64,000 bases of DNA, taken from IMG/VR virus record IMGVR_UViG_3300022868_000009, positions 186,001 to 250,000 of that record. One strand, given 5' to 3'. The position numbers and the translations under genes were made by a program. A model generated the notes under the pieces. The model did no database searches and was not told the origin of the DNA. It saw only the letters and a program-made list of their open reading frames with translations. This document shows positions 51,170-59,500 of this stretch, one piece after another; within the stretch, counting starts at the first letter, position 1, and the number at the start of each line of letters is the position of its first letter.

Positions 51170-51934
51170 ATGAGAATAGGATACCATACTTCAATCTCCG
51201 AAGGACTTAAAAAAACTGCAAAATATATTAAAGATACAGGAATGAGCGCAACACAAATTTTCGCAGGCTCACCTAGAACATATTATGTATCAAAAAACCA
51301 ATCAGAAAGACACTACATAAAAGAACTAAATTGTTATAAAGTAGTTCATATAAATTACCTAGTAAATCCAGCAAAATCAAGACCAGCCATACCTAAATCT
51401 ATTATTGATAATATTAGATTTTGTAGAGACATTGATGCTGATGGTATTGTAATTCATTGGGGTTCAAATGAAAATCTTAAAGAAGCATTGCACTATTCAT
51501 ATGAAAACTTTTTAGCAGTAAGAAATAAAATAGGATTAGAAACAAAAATATTAATAGAAACAACAGCCGAAGGTGGAAACAAATTAAAATTTAATACACT
51601 AATAGACTTTTATGACAAATATAAAGATGAATTAAACTTAGGATTATGTTTTGACACCGCTCACCTTTATGCAGCAGGTTATAACGTATTTAAATTAATT
51701 GAAAAACATGGAAAAAATATAGATGTAATGCATTTAAATAACCCAAGTCCAGATGTAGTTTTCGGAAAACATCTAGATAGACATAATATGTCTCTTTTTG
51801 ATGAAGCAGGAAAATTTACAAGAGAAGAAATATATGAATTAATGAGACTTGGCACAAAATATGATATACCAATGATTTTAGAAACAGGAGAACCACATAA
51901 TGATTTCATGATTTGTGAATCAATAAAACTATAG
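51170..51934 (+). CDS. nfo: AP endonuclease IV-like (TIM barrel)
   Basis: IGYHTS, QIF..SPR, H..YLVN, IETTA, CFDTAH, HLN, DRH, ILET. Confidence 0.88.
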   Translation: MRIGYHTSISEGLKKTAKYIKDTGMSATQIFAGSPRTYYVSKNQSERHYIKELNCYKVVHINYLVNPAKSRPAIPKSIIDNIRFCRDIDADGIVIHWGSNENLKEALHYSYENFLAVRNKIGLETKILIETTAEGGNKLKFNTLIDFYDKYKDELNLGLCFDTAHLYAAGYNVFKLIEKHGKNIDVMHLNNPSPDVVFGKHLDRHNMSLFDEAGKFTREEIYELMRLGTKYDIPMILETGEPHNDFMICESIKL

Positions 51935-52009
51935 ATCTTTTTAACTCATTTGAATTAAAAAAATTCACATTTAATTTTTAATTTTTGAAAAAATTCACTA
52001 TATTTATAG

Positions 52010-52100
52010 TAGATAAAAAAGAAAAAAAGGTTAACAAAAGTTCATAGTTTAGTAGTTTAGTGGTGAAAGGGCGGACAGATAGTTCGCCTTTTCTATTTTA
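52010..52100 (+). ncRNA. Candidate small RNA (own promoter and terminator, no ORF)
   Basis: TATATTTA at 51999-52006; TTCATAGTTTAGTAGTTTAG core; 12-bp hairpin 52065-52093 plus U-rich tail. Confidence 0.5.
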
Positions 52101-52145
52101 CTGTTTTTCGTAATTAAACTAATCATTTATTTTTTAGTAAATATT

Positions 52146-52571
52146 ATGTTTGAAAAATTTAACGAGAAAATGAAAATTGATTTTATAGAAGTAATTAATA
52201 GATTATTTAAAAACAAAATAGATTATAAATTACTGATAGATAAAGATAAAGAAGATAATTTCTTTATGGTTAATAGAAAAATTGCAACCAAATATATTAA
52301 AGGTGCACAATTTTTTAATTCTAGATATGTTGATAAAGCAACTGCTTTAGATATTTGGAAATATTTTTTTAGAAATGCTCAAGGGATACCTTCTTGGTAT
52401 TGGGCTCCAAAAAATAGAACAAAAACACCCAAAACAAAAACTCCTAAAAAAGATATTGAAAAAATAACATCATTTTATGATTTAAATAATGATGATTTTT
52501 TATTTTTAGAAAAATATTTCAAGGATAACGTTGATTACGAGATTAAAAAACTAAAAAGATTTGAAGAATGA
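52146..52571 (+). CDS. Possible clamp-loader small subunit (gp62-like)
   Basis: FFMVNR...AQFFN pattern resembles T4 gp62. Confidence 0.4.
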   Translation: MFEKFNEKMKIDFIEVINRLFKNKIDYKLLIDKDKEDNFFMVNRKIATKYIKGAQFFNSRYVDKATALDIWKYFFRNAQGIPSWYWAPKNRTKTPKTKTPKKDIEKITSFYDLNNDDFLFLEKYFKDNVDYEIKKLKRFEE

Positions 52572-52621
52572 AAATTTGGATATTTCAATAGAAATATATA
52601 AATAAAAATAATTCAAAAAGA

Positions 52622-52912
52622 ATGGCAAAAATAAATACAGAATATATTCATTTTATACTAGAACAGTTTGAAAAAACATTTGAAGAAAAACTTTATGATG
52701 TATATGTAGGACATAAAAAAACCAGTGATGATGACAAGGATGTCAAAATCTATACTGCAAAACCAGAAGAATGGGAACAAGTCATTGATACATTATTAGA
52801 AAAAGGTGTAAATCTAGAAGAATATGAACTATGTTCAAAAATACAAGGATTAAAACCTAAAGTATTGGAAGAAGCAAAGAAAAGACTTGAACAAAAAGAA
52901 AATATAGATTAA
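52622..52912 (+). CDS. Hypothetical protein with UVR-like motif
   Basis: LEEYELCSKIQ. Confidence 0.55.
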   Translation: MAKINTEYIHFILEQFEKTFEEKLYDVYVGHKKTSDDDKDVKIYTAKPEEWEQVIDTLLEKGVNLEEYELCSKIQGLKPKVLEEAKKRLEQKENID

Positions 52913-53566
52913 TTATCTACTTAATAAACCTATTTTAGAATAAACATTTTTCCAATCATCCTCATTGTTTATTATATATTCAGGTTCTCTGGAATCTAAA
53001 ATAGTTTCAGCATTTTCAATTGTTACATAATCAACGGCTTTTATTTTAATTCCATCATTAATTCTAACTCTATAAGTTTTAAATGTTTCACTCAAAATTT
53101 GTGCTATATATAAAGGAAAAGTACCATCATCAATATACATAACAGCAGAAAGTTTTGCATTTGGCATCTCAACGTACAACTTATTCTCTGTATCTATCAA
53201 ATGATATTTGGATAAGCTTTCTTTAATTCCGTTATGTTTAATAACATCACTATTCTTAACATAATAATAAGAATCTGTAGAAGTTTCTTTAAAAACTAAT
53301 GATGCATCAATTTTTTTACAGAATTGATTTAACATTTTTCTTTGAAAATTGCCTTTATCTAATAAATTACTATTAATTAATCCACTAAACTTATATTTAT
53401 CTTCTAATATAACAACAATTTTTCTATTTGCATTATCATAATACAAACAATCTATATCCAACATATAATTAGATCTAGATAAACTTCTATGTCCTTCAGA
53501 AAAGACATTACTTTTACCCCATTTTCTTTTATAATCTTCAAATATGTTTTTAATTCTTTGTATCAT
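52913..53566 (-). CDS. Hypothetical protein, possible PD-(D/E)XK fold
   Basis: DID...ILEDK; overlaps the 3' end of the CCA gene. Confidence 0.5.
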   Translation of the reverse strand: MIQRIKNIFEDYKRKWGKSNVFSEGHRSLSRSNYMLDIDCLYYDNANRKIVVILEDKYKFSGLINSNLLDKGNFQRKMLNQFCKKIDASLVFKETSTDSYYYVKNSDVIKHNGIKESLSKYHLIDTENKLYVEMPNAKLSAVMYIDDGTFPLYIAQILSETFKTYRVRINDGIKIKAVDYVTIENAETILDSREPEYIINNEDDWKNVYSKIGLLSR

Positions 53567-54857
53567 TACTCATATATTCATTTTTAAATCTTTCGTATTC
53601 TATTCTTCTCATTTCTTCACCTAAAGCCTTTCCATGAAATCCCTTTTGCATTAACTCTTGTGAATTTTTTAAAAAACCATCACTACAATATTTAATGAAA
53701 GCTTCAGTTATATTTGAATATAATCCCTGAGACTTAGTATATAATCTTAATATATTATCATCAATACCAAATCTAGTCTTATTTTTAGCTAACTGATAAA
53801 TATTTGTCATCCACATATCACCTGTAGATTCTTCTATTATCTTTTTCTCATAATTAAATAGAAAAATAATATAATCAATCAAATTATTTTGCAACTTACA
53901 ATCAATTAATTTGTTGGTTAAATTCGAATCATCTGAACTTGGAGTCATCAAAATAGGTAAAATTATCCTATTATCGAAAAGTGAAAAATTCACCCAAGGA
54001 ACCTCTATTTTAATTCCAGGGAAAATCTCATCAAACATATCAAATTCATCAAGTAATCTTAAATATTTAATAAACATAGACATATCATTTGCATCTCTCG
54101 CATGACCTAACATTTTATTCCATTCACCATTTTTAGTGTCAAATATTCTTTCAAATGAAACATCATCTTTCTCAGATATTCCATGTAATCTATGATCCAT
54201 AGTTAATGCATTCTTTACATTTTCACTTATTTTACCATTAGTTCTTGCACAAAATCTAAACAATCTTAATATTCTCAATCTATCTTCATTAAACCTTTCA
54301 TAAGGTTCACCAACAGTTTTAATAAGTCCTTTCTTTAAATCTTCAATACCACCAACATAATCAATGATTTTCTTACTACCAAGATCATAAAACATTGCAT
54401 TAATTGTTAAATCTCTTCTTAAAACATCATCTTGTATTGTAACATTTGAACCAATTTCTACTTTTTGATCATCACCTTTAACATCTCTACCTTTAGCAAT
54501 ATCTTTTCTATAGGTTGCTAATTCATGACCTAATGGTTCTAAATCTGTATAAATTCTTAATACTCCAAAATTTTGTCCTTGCTCTTCTTCAGAAACATAA
54601 CCACCATTCCAATCTTCTAATATCTCTTTAGATTCATCTGGCATTGCATCTGTAACTAAATCAAAATCTTTAGGTTTTTTTCCTTGTAAATAATCTCTAG
54701 GAGCGCCACCTACAACATATAATTCCTTACCATACTTTTTAAATCTTTCATATATTTCTACAATATCTTCGGGTATGAACATATCTTTAGCTTTAACAGT
54801 TTTCTTTTGCATTTTATTTTCATTTAAAAATTCAGAATATTTATACAATTTATTCAT
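53550..54857 (-). CDS. cca: tRNA nucleotidyltransferase (CCA-adding, class II) with virion-tag N-terminus
   Basis: VGGAPRD, DFDLVT, RRDLTINA, EDRLRILR; MNKLYKYSEFLNE; TTAATATATA upstream. Confidence 0.9.
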   Translation of the reverse strand: MNKLYKYSEFLNENKMQKKTVKAKDMFIPEDIVEIYERFKKYGKELYVVGGAPRDYLQGKKPKDFDLVTDAMPDESKEILEDWNGGYVSEEEQGQNFGVLRIYTDLEPLGHELATYRKDIAKGRDVKGDDQKVEIGSNVTIQDDVLRRDLTINAMFYDLGSKKIIDYVGGIEDLKKGLIKTVGEPYERFNEDRLRILRLFRFCARTNGKISENVKNALTMDHRLHGISEKDDVSFERIFDTKNGEWNKMLGHARDANDMSMFIKYLRLLDEFDMFDEIFPGIKIEVPWVNFSLFDNRIILPILMTPSSDDSNLTNKLIDCKLQNNLIDYIIFLFNYEKKIIEESTGDMWMTNIYQLAKNKTRFGIDDNILRLYTKSQGLYSNITEAFIKYCSDGFLKNSQELMQKGFHGKALGEEMRRIEYERFKNEYMSNDTKN

Positions 54858-54877
54858 GACAATATATATTAAATTAA

Positions 54878-54906
54878 AAAACCATCGTTTAAATTACGAT
54901 GGTTTT
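54878..54906 (-). terminator. Intrinsic terminator after phoH
   Basis: AAAACCATCGT...ACGATGGTTTT. Confidence 0.8.
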
Positions 54907-54924
54907 ATTATAAGACATTATTTA

Positions 54925-55671
54925 TTAATCTTTTAAATCATATCTTTGTAAAATTCCTGCAATTATAGGATTTCTAACAATATCTTCAGGTCTATCTACT
55001 ATAAATTCATAAACTCCAACACCTTTAGCACCTTTCATTAAAGTGAATGCGTCATATAAACCACTACTATTCTTTTTATTATACCTATCAGTTTGTTCTA
55101 AATCACCACTAATAATAAATTTACTATTAAAACCAATTCTAGTTAAAACAGTTTTCATTTGTTTTGGTGTACAATTCTGTGCTTCTTCAAATATTAAAAT
55201 ACTATTATCTATATTCCAACCTCTTAAATAAGCTAAAGCTAAAGGTTTAATTATTTCAGATTCAACTAATTTTTTTCTATTTTCAATGCCTATTATTTTG
55301 TCAATAAGTTTATAAGTTGAATATAAATAAGGTTCTAATTTATCTTCTAAATCACCAGGTAAATAACCTAATTTCTCTTCTGATTCAACAGCTGGTGTAA
55401 TAATATAAATATTATGATAATTGTTAGAAGAATCAGCTAATAATTGTAATGCCTTAATTATACTAATATAACTTTTTCCTACACCGGCAGGTCCTATACA
55501 AATTGATATTTGATTACTATCAATTATTTTTATAAAATCTTTTTGTTTTTCATTTTTACATCTAATCTTAACTTTTTTGCCATATAATATATCTGCAAGT
55601 TGTTTATTATTTAACAACTCTTTATCTTTACTTTTTACATTTAATTTTGTTGTTATTATTGGTTTTCTCAT
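54925..55671 (-). CDS. phoH: PhoH-family ATPase
   Basis: GPAGVGKS, LGYLPG, RG, EEAQN, LTRIG, GDLEQ. Confidence 0.93.
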   Translation of the reverse strand: MRKPIITTKLNVKSKDKELLNNKQLADILYGKKVKIRCKNEKQKDFIKIIDSNQISICIGPAGVGKSYISIIKALQLLADSSNNYHNIYIITPAVESEEKLGYLPGDLEDKLEPYLYSTYKLIDKIIGIENRKKLVESEIIKPLALAYLRGWNIDNSILIFEEAQNCTPKQMKTVLTRIGFNSKFIISGDLEQTDRYNKKNSSGLYDAFTLMKGAKGVGVYEFIVDRPEDIVRNPIIAGILQRYDLKD

Positions 55672-55874
55672 ATAAATATTTTATTTTTAACCAAAAACAA
55701 AAAAACCACTCGTTGCAATATCGCATTTTAAGTGGCTTAAAAAAATATGTTTTTAGTATTCTTAATTTTCATTCATTATTATATATTTTTAAAAATAGAT
55801 GAAATTTTCACAATATTTTTAAAATAGTTTAAACAAAAAGTTTAATATATAAATAATATAATAACAAAAAATAT

Positions 55875-56108
55875 ATGAAATATTTAAAGACATACGAAGA
55901 ATTAACCGATTCACAAAAAGAATCTGAATATAATAAAAAATTAGAAGAACTAGAAGATAAAAAAGAAAGACTTCAGAAAAAACTCCAATATTCAGAAGAT
56001 GTAAGAGATCCAGAAAAAACAGAACAAATAAGAAAAGAAAAGAAAGAAGAAATTGAAAAGAATAAAAAGAAAAAGAGTTCTGAAGATCAAAACTCTTTTG
56101 TATCCTAA
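55875..56108 (+). CDS. Putative internal virion protein (MKYLKTYEE tag)
   Basis: TTAATATATA upstream; charged coiled coil. Confidence 0.65.
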   Translation: MKYLKTYEELTDSQKESEYNKKLEELEDKKERLQKKLQYSEDVRDPEKTEQIRKEKKEEIEKNKKKKSSEDQNSFVS

Positions 56109-56749
56109 TTTTTACATAATAAATCTGCAGCACTAGTAGAAGCATATGCTTTAGGTTTACATTCAACCTTAAATCCATAACCACACAACATACCCATCAT
56201 AGCTTTATAAACTTTATTAGATTTATTTCTACCATTTCCATCATCTGAATTAAAATCAACATGTAATACAGGTAATCTATAAGGCATAGAACCATCATAT
56301 TCATTTAATTCATGATCTTTAAAATATTTACCTTTTAATTTTTCATCTAAATATAAAGCAAGTTCAAGTAAATATAAACCTTCTGTATATAATCTATTAA
56401 AAATTGCTTCATTAGAACCTGAACTAATTAATTTTGAATTATCTGGTTTATTTTCTTTATACCATTGATCAAATTTATAACCTCTAGCAGCTAAATATTT
56501 AGGTATATTAATTCTTTTAAAAATACAATGCGCACCATTATGCTTAAAATTATCATAAAATACGATAGTTATAGCATATTGTGTTTTTCGTCTCTTATTT
56601 TTAGAATCACAACCAACAGAAATTGTAACATCACTTGGTACTGAATAATTACCAGATTTATCCCCTAAATATTCCATTATGTAATCAATTTCATTATCAA
56701 CGAAATCACCACCAAACCTTTTAAAGTAAATTTTATTTTTCATTTTCAT
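56105..56749 (-). CDS. RNase H-like YkuK (DUF458) family protein
   Basis: VGCDS, RLYTE, HVDFN, KPKAYASTSAAD. Confidence 0.82.
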   Translation of the reverse strand: MKMKNKIYFKRFGGDFVDNEIDYIMEYLGDKSGNYSVPSDVTISVGCDSKNKRRKTQYAITIVFYDNFKHNGAHCIFKRINIPKYLAARGYKFDQWYKENKPDNSKLISSGSNEAIFNRLYTEGLYLLELALYLDEKLKGKYFKDHELNEYDGSMPYRLPVLHVDFNSDDGNGRNKSNKVYKAMMGMLCGYGFKVECKPKAYASTSAADLLCKN

Positions 56750-56780
56750 TATTTTACAATTTTTAAAAAATTATATATTA

Positions 56781-56808
56781 AAAAATCCCACTGAGAGTGG
56801 GATTTTTT
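56781..56808 (-). terminator. Intrinsic terminator after S1 gene
   Basis: AAAAATCCCACT-GAG-AGTGGGATTTTT. Confidence 0.85.
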
Positions 56809-56810
56809 AT

Positions 56811-57962
56811 TTAATTAGGAAAGTCTAAATAAATCTTTCTATCGTCCCGTATAACAGAAATCACTTTAACTTTCACCTCTTTTCCCACTTCCAACTTTTT
56901 ATCAGCCTTCTGTATATAAGTGTTCTGAATTAACCCTGTTGTCTCTGGATCCAATTCTACTAAAACACCAAATGACTTGATAGATTTAACCTTGCCATCT
57001 TTAATTTGTCCAACTTTAATCTTATCCCACAAAGATTCTCTCAAAAATTGAGATAAAATAATCTTATTACCTTTCAAAATATCTCTAACATAGAATGTTA
57101 CTTCCATACCAGGTTGAACTTGATCAATCTTCCATTCAGGATTAAGATTGACTTTATGTATCATACCAGTTAAACATTCATTAAACTGAACAAATACACC
57201 GTAAGCCATTGTGCCTGTTACTGTTCCTTTATAAGCAATTGTTTTCTTAAGTTTACTAATTTCTACTGGAATTAGAGTTTTAAGATATTTCTTGCGTGAA
57301 ACAACATATACACCTTTCTCTTGTTGTAAAGATTCTAATAACACATTAATTCTACTACCAACTAAATTACTAGATTGTTCATCTGTTAATTTATTAATTC
57401 CAGCCAAAATATTTGGCATAAAAGATTTAATAGTTATATTATCCAACTCAATATCCAACATGAAACCTGCTGGTATTCTTTCAATAACTTTTACAACTAA
57501 CTGACGATTTTCTTTATAATAATCTTTCAATTTGTGCGAAACCTTCGCTTTAATAAGATCTGTTATTGAACCTTTAATTTGAAACGGATTATCTATCACC
57601 TTTATTATCATAACATCAATTTCATCACCAACCTTCAAATTTTGAATAATTTTAAAATCAGATAACTTATTCTCAACATAAATACTATCTTTATAATTTA
57701 TATTAATCTTAAGTTCCCTTTTAGAAATCGTTTCAATTTGACCAGTAACAATGTCACCTATTTTCACCTCATTATATGAAGATTCATTTTCAGACATCAT
57801 ATCTAACATCTCTTTATACTTATCATTAAAAGCTGATGTATCCATATCATCAGTCCACTTGATAATTTTATTATCTTCTTTCTCTAATTCATTCCAAAAC
57901 GCATCATCATCAATAATCGATGTATAATCTAAATTTTCTGGATTTTCTGAATTTTCTTTCAT
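56811..57962 (-). CDS. rpsA: Ribosomal protein bS1 homolog (about 4 S1 domains)
   Basis: GDIVTGQI; VVSRKKYL; GTVTGTMAYGVFV...GMIH; GKVKSIKSFGVLVEL...GLI. Confidence 0.82.
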   Translation of the reverse strand: MKENSENPENLDYTSIIDDDAFWNELEKEDNKIIKWTDDMDTSAFNDKYKEMLDMMSENESSYNEVKIGDIVTGQIETISKRELKININYKDSIYVENKLSDFKIIQNLKVGDEIDVMIIKVIDNPFQIKGSITDLIKAKVSHKLKDYYKENRQLVVKVIERIPAGFMLDIELDNITIKSFMPNILAGINKLTDEQSSNLVGSRINVLLESLQQEKGVYVVSRKKYLKTLIPVEISKLKKTIAYKGTVTGTMAYGVFVQFNECLTGMIHKVNLNPEWKIDQVQPGMEVTFYVRDILKGNKIILSQFLRESLWDKIKVGQIKDGKVKSIKSFGVLVELDPETTGLIQNTYIQKADKKLEVGKEVKVKVISVIRDDRKIYLDFPN

Positions 57963-58017
57963 AAATTAATTTTTTTGGTTAAACTTCTTTTATCTTTACA
58001 TATACTTAAACAATAAA

Positions 58018-58046
58018 AAAAAGTTGTTAAAAAAATTAACAACTTT
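58018..58046. terminator. Perfect inverted repeat overlapping the S1 promoter
   Basis: AAAAGTTGTTAA-AAAAA-TTAACAACTTTT. Confidence 0.6.
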
Positions 58047-58068
58047 TCTTAATTATATTAAAAATGTT

Positions 58069-58464
58069 TCAATAACTAATTTCTAGTTTTTGTAAATAAT
58101 TATTTAATACTGATGCCCTTTCATAATCTTCAATTTCTAAATAATATTTCATTTTTTTGATAAGATCCTGTTCGCTGTCATTATATGAAAAAACGTTATT
58201 TTTTGTAATGTCTACAACATATTTCTTTCTTTTTTTGTTGTAAGTAACATCATAGTCTTTTAATTTTTGTCTGACATCTTCTATCGTATAATTATAGTCA
58301 GAATTTTCATCAAGTTTATTTAAACTCTCCGATTCTATCAACATTAACATAAACTCTTCTGAGAATGCCTTTTTCTCACATAAAAAATCACACAGAATTT
58401 CAGGATCTGTGCCAATAATCTTTAATAGTGAGTTGAAATTTTCCTTAAATCTTCTTGTAGCCAT
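58069..58464 (-). CDS. Hypothetical protein with UVR-like C-terminus
   Basis: EIEDYERASVL. Confidence 0.6.
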   Translation of the reverse strand: MATRRFKENFNSLLKIIGTDPEILCDFLCEKKAFSEEFMLMLIESESLNKLDENSDYNYTIEDVRQKLKDYDVTYNKKRKKYVVDITKNNVFSYNDSEQDLIKKMKYYLEIEDYERASVLNNYLQKLEISY

Positions 58465-58511
58465 GATAATATGGTTATTTTCTGCCCAATAAGAAACTTA
58501 TTAGGCAAATA

Positions 58512-58808
58512 TTAATCATCAAATTGTGTGTACTCATTAGGTTGATTCAATAAACCTAAACTTTTGTAAATACACACTTTATTATTATCAATATAATATT
58601 TATCATAAGACGTAAAATTACATAAACTTATAAAAGATTCAAACCAAACCTCTTTTCCTGTAATAATATCATTTAATTCAATTGTTATCATCTGATTTTC
58701 TTCAATTAAATTAATATCAATGTCAAGATCTTCAAAAAAATTATATAAATTTGATTTCAATGAAACATACTGTGTTTCATTTATAAATTGATTAAATTTT
58801 GTTTTCAT
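58512..58808 (-). CDS. Putative virion protein (MKTKFNQFINE tag)
   Basis: Tag; coupled to upstream genes. Confidence 0.6.
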   Translation of the reverse strand: MKTKFNQFINETQYVSLKSNLYNFFEDLDIDINLIEENQMITIELNDIITGKEVWFESFISLCNFTSYDKYYIDNNKVCIYKSLGLLNQPNEYTQFDD

Positions 58809-59500
58809 TATCTAAATGTTTTATAAAATTTACCTAAATTGTTCTTCTTATATATTAATTCTTTTTCTCTTCTATCTAATTCTTCTAAAAATTCTTCATC
58901 ATTAGAAACACCAAAATCTTTATAATGTTTCTCTCTAGAAGGCGCGGATGTCGTATAACTACCGTAAGTCGCAATTGAGTCTGGTTTTGTAGTTTCAGGT
59001 AAATTTCTTTTTATAATTAACCCAGCCATTCTATTATCAATTTGATTAATTATTGGATCTTTTAAATGTTTAACAATTTTCTTATTATTTTTAGTTTCTG
59101 GATAAAATGCAATAAATTCATCAAAAACGCCAATATCAAAAAGTCTACTTTTATTACTAGATTTAGTACTCGTTATTCCTTCACTATATTCATAATCTGC
59201 AATTAAAGGAAATATATCATTAATATCTTTTGATTTTGAATTCATAAAATCATATAGAGGTTGTATGGCTTTTTTATAAGCTTTTTGATTTTCTTCTTCT
59301 ATACCAACTTTATTTCTTTCATACCAATTCGTACTCAAAGATCTCCATTTATCCTTGATCTTATCATATCCTTGATAAGTACTATAATCTTTTTTAAGTT
59401 TTTGAAGACTTTTTAATACAACATCATCATCAACAATATTTTCAATTTCTTCCAATCTAATTTCAAGATCTTCAAGATCATTACTACAATATATTTTCAT
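58808..59500 (-). CDS. Hypothetical protein
   Basis: Coupled ORF. Confidence 0.6.
   Translation of the reverse strand: MKIYCSNDLEDLEIRLEEIENIVDDDVVLKSLQKLKKDYSTYQGYDKIKDKWRSLSTNWYERNKVGIEEENQKAYKKAIQPLYDFMNSKSKDINDIFPLIADYEYSEGITSTKSSNKSRLFDIGVFDEFIAFYPETKNNKKIVKHLKDPIINQIDNRMAGLIIKRNLPETTKPDSIATYGSYTTSAPSREKHYKDFGVSNDEEFLEELDRREKELIYKKNNLGKFYKTFR

Noticed and set aside
2035-57504. Many antisense or nested ORFs in the track (e.g. 2035, 4377, 13418, 23103, 25835, 28421, 35077, 37283, 44175, 48542, 55819, 57292)
   Set aside because: They overlap well-supported genes and have S/L/I/F-rich shadow composition typical of the antisense strand or alternate frames in AT-rich DNA
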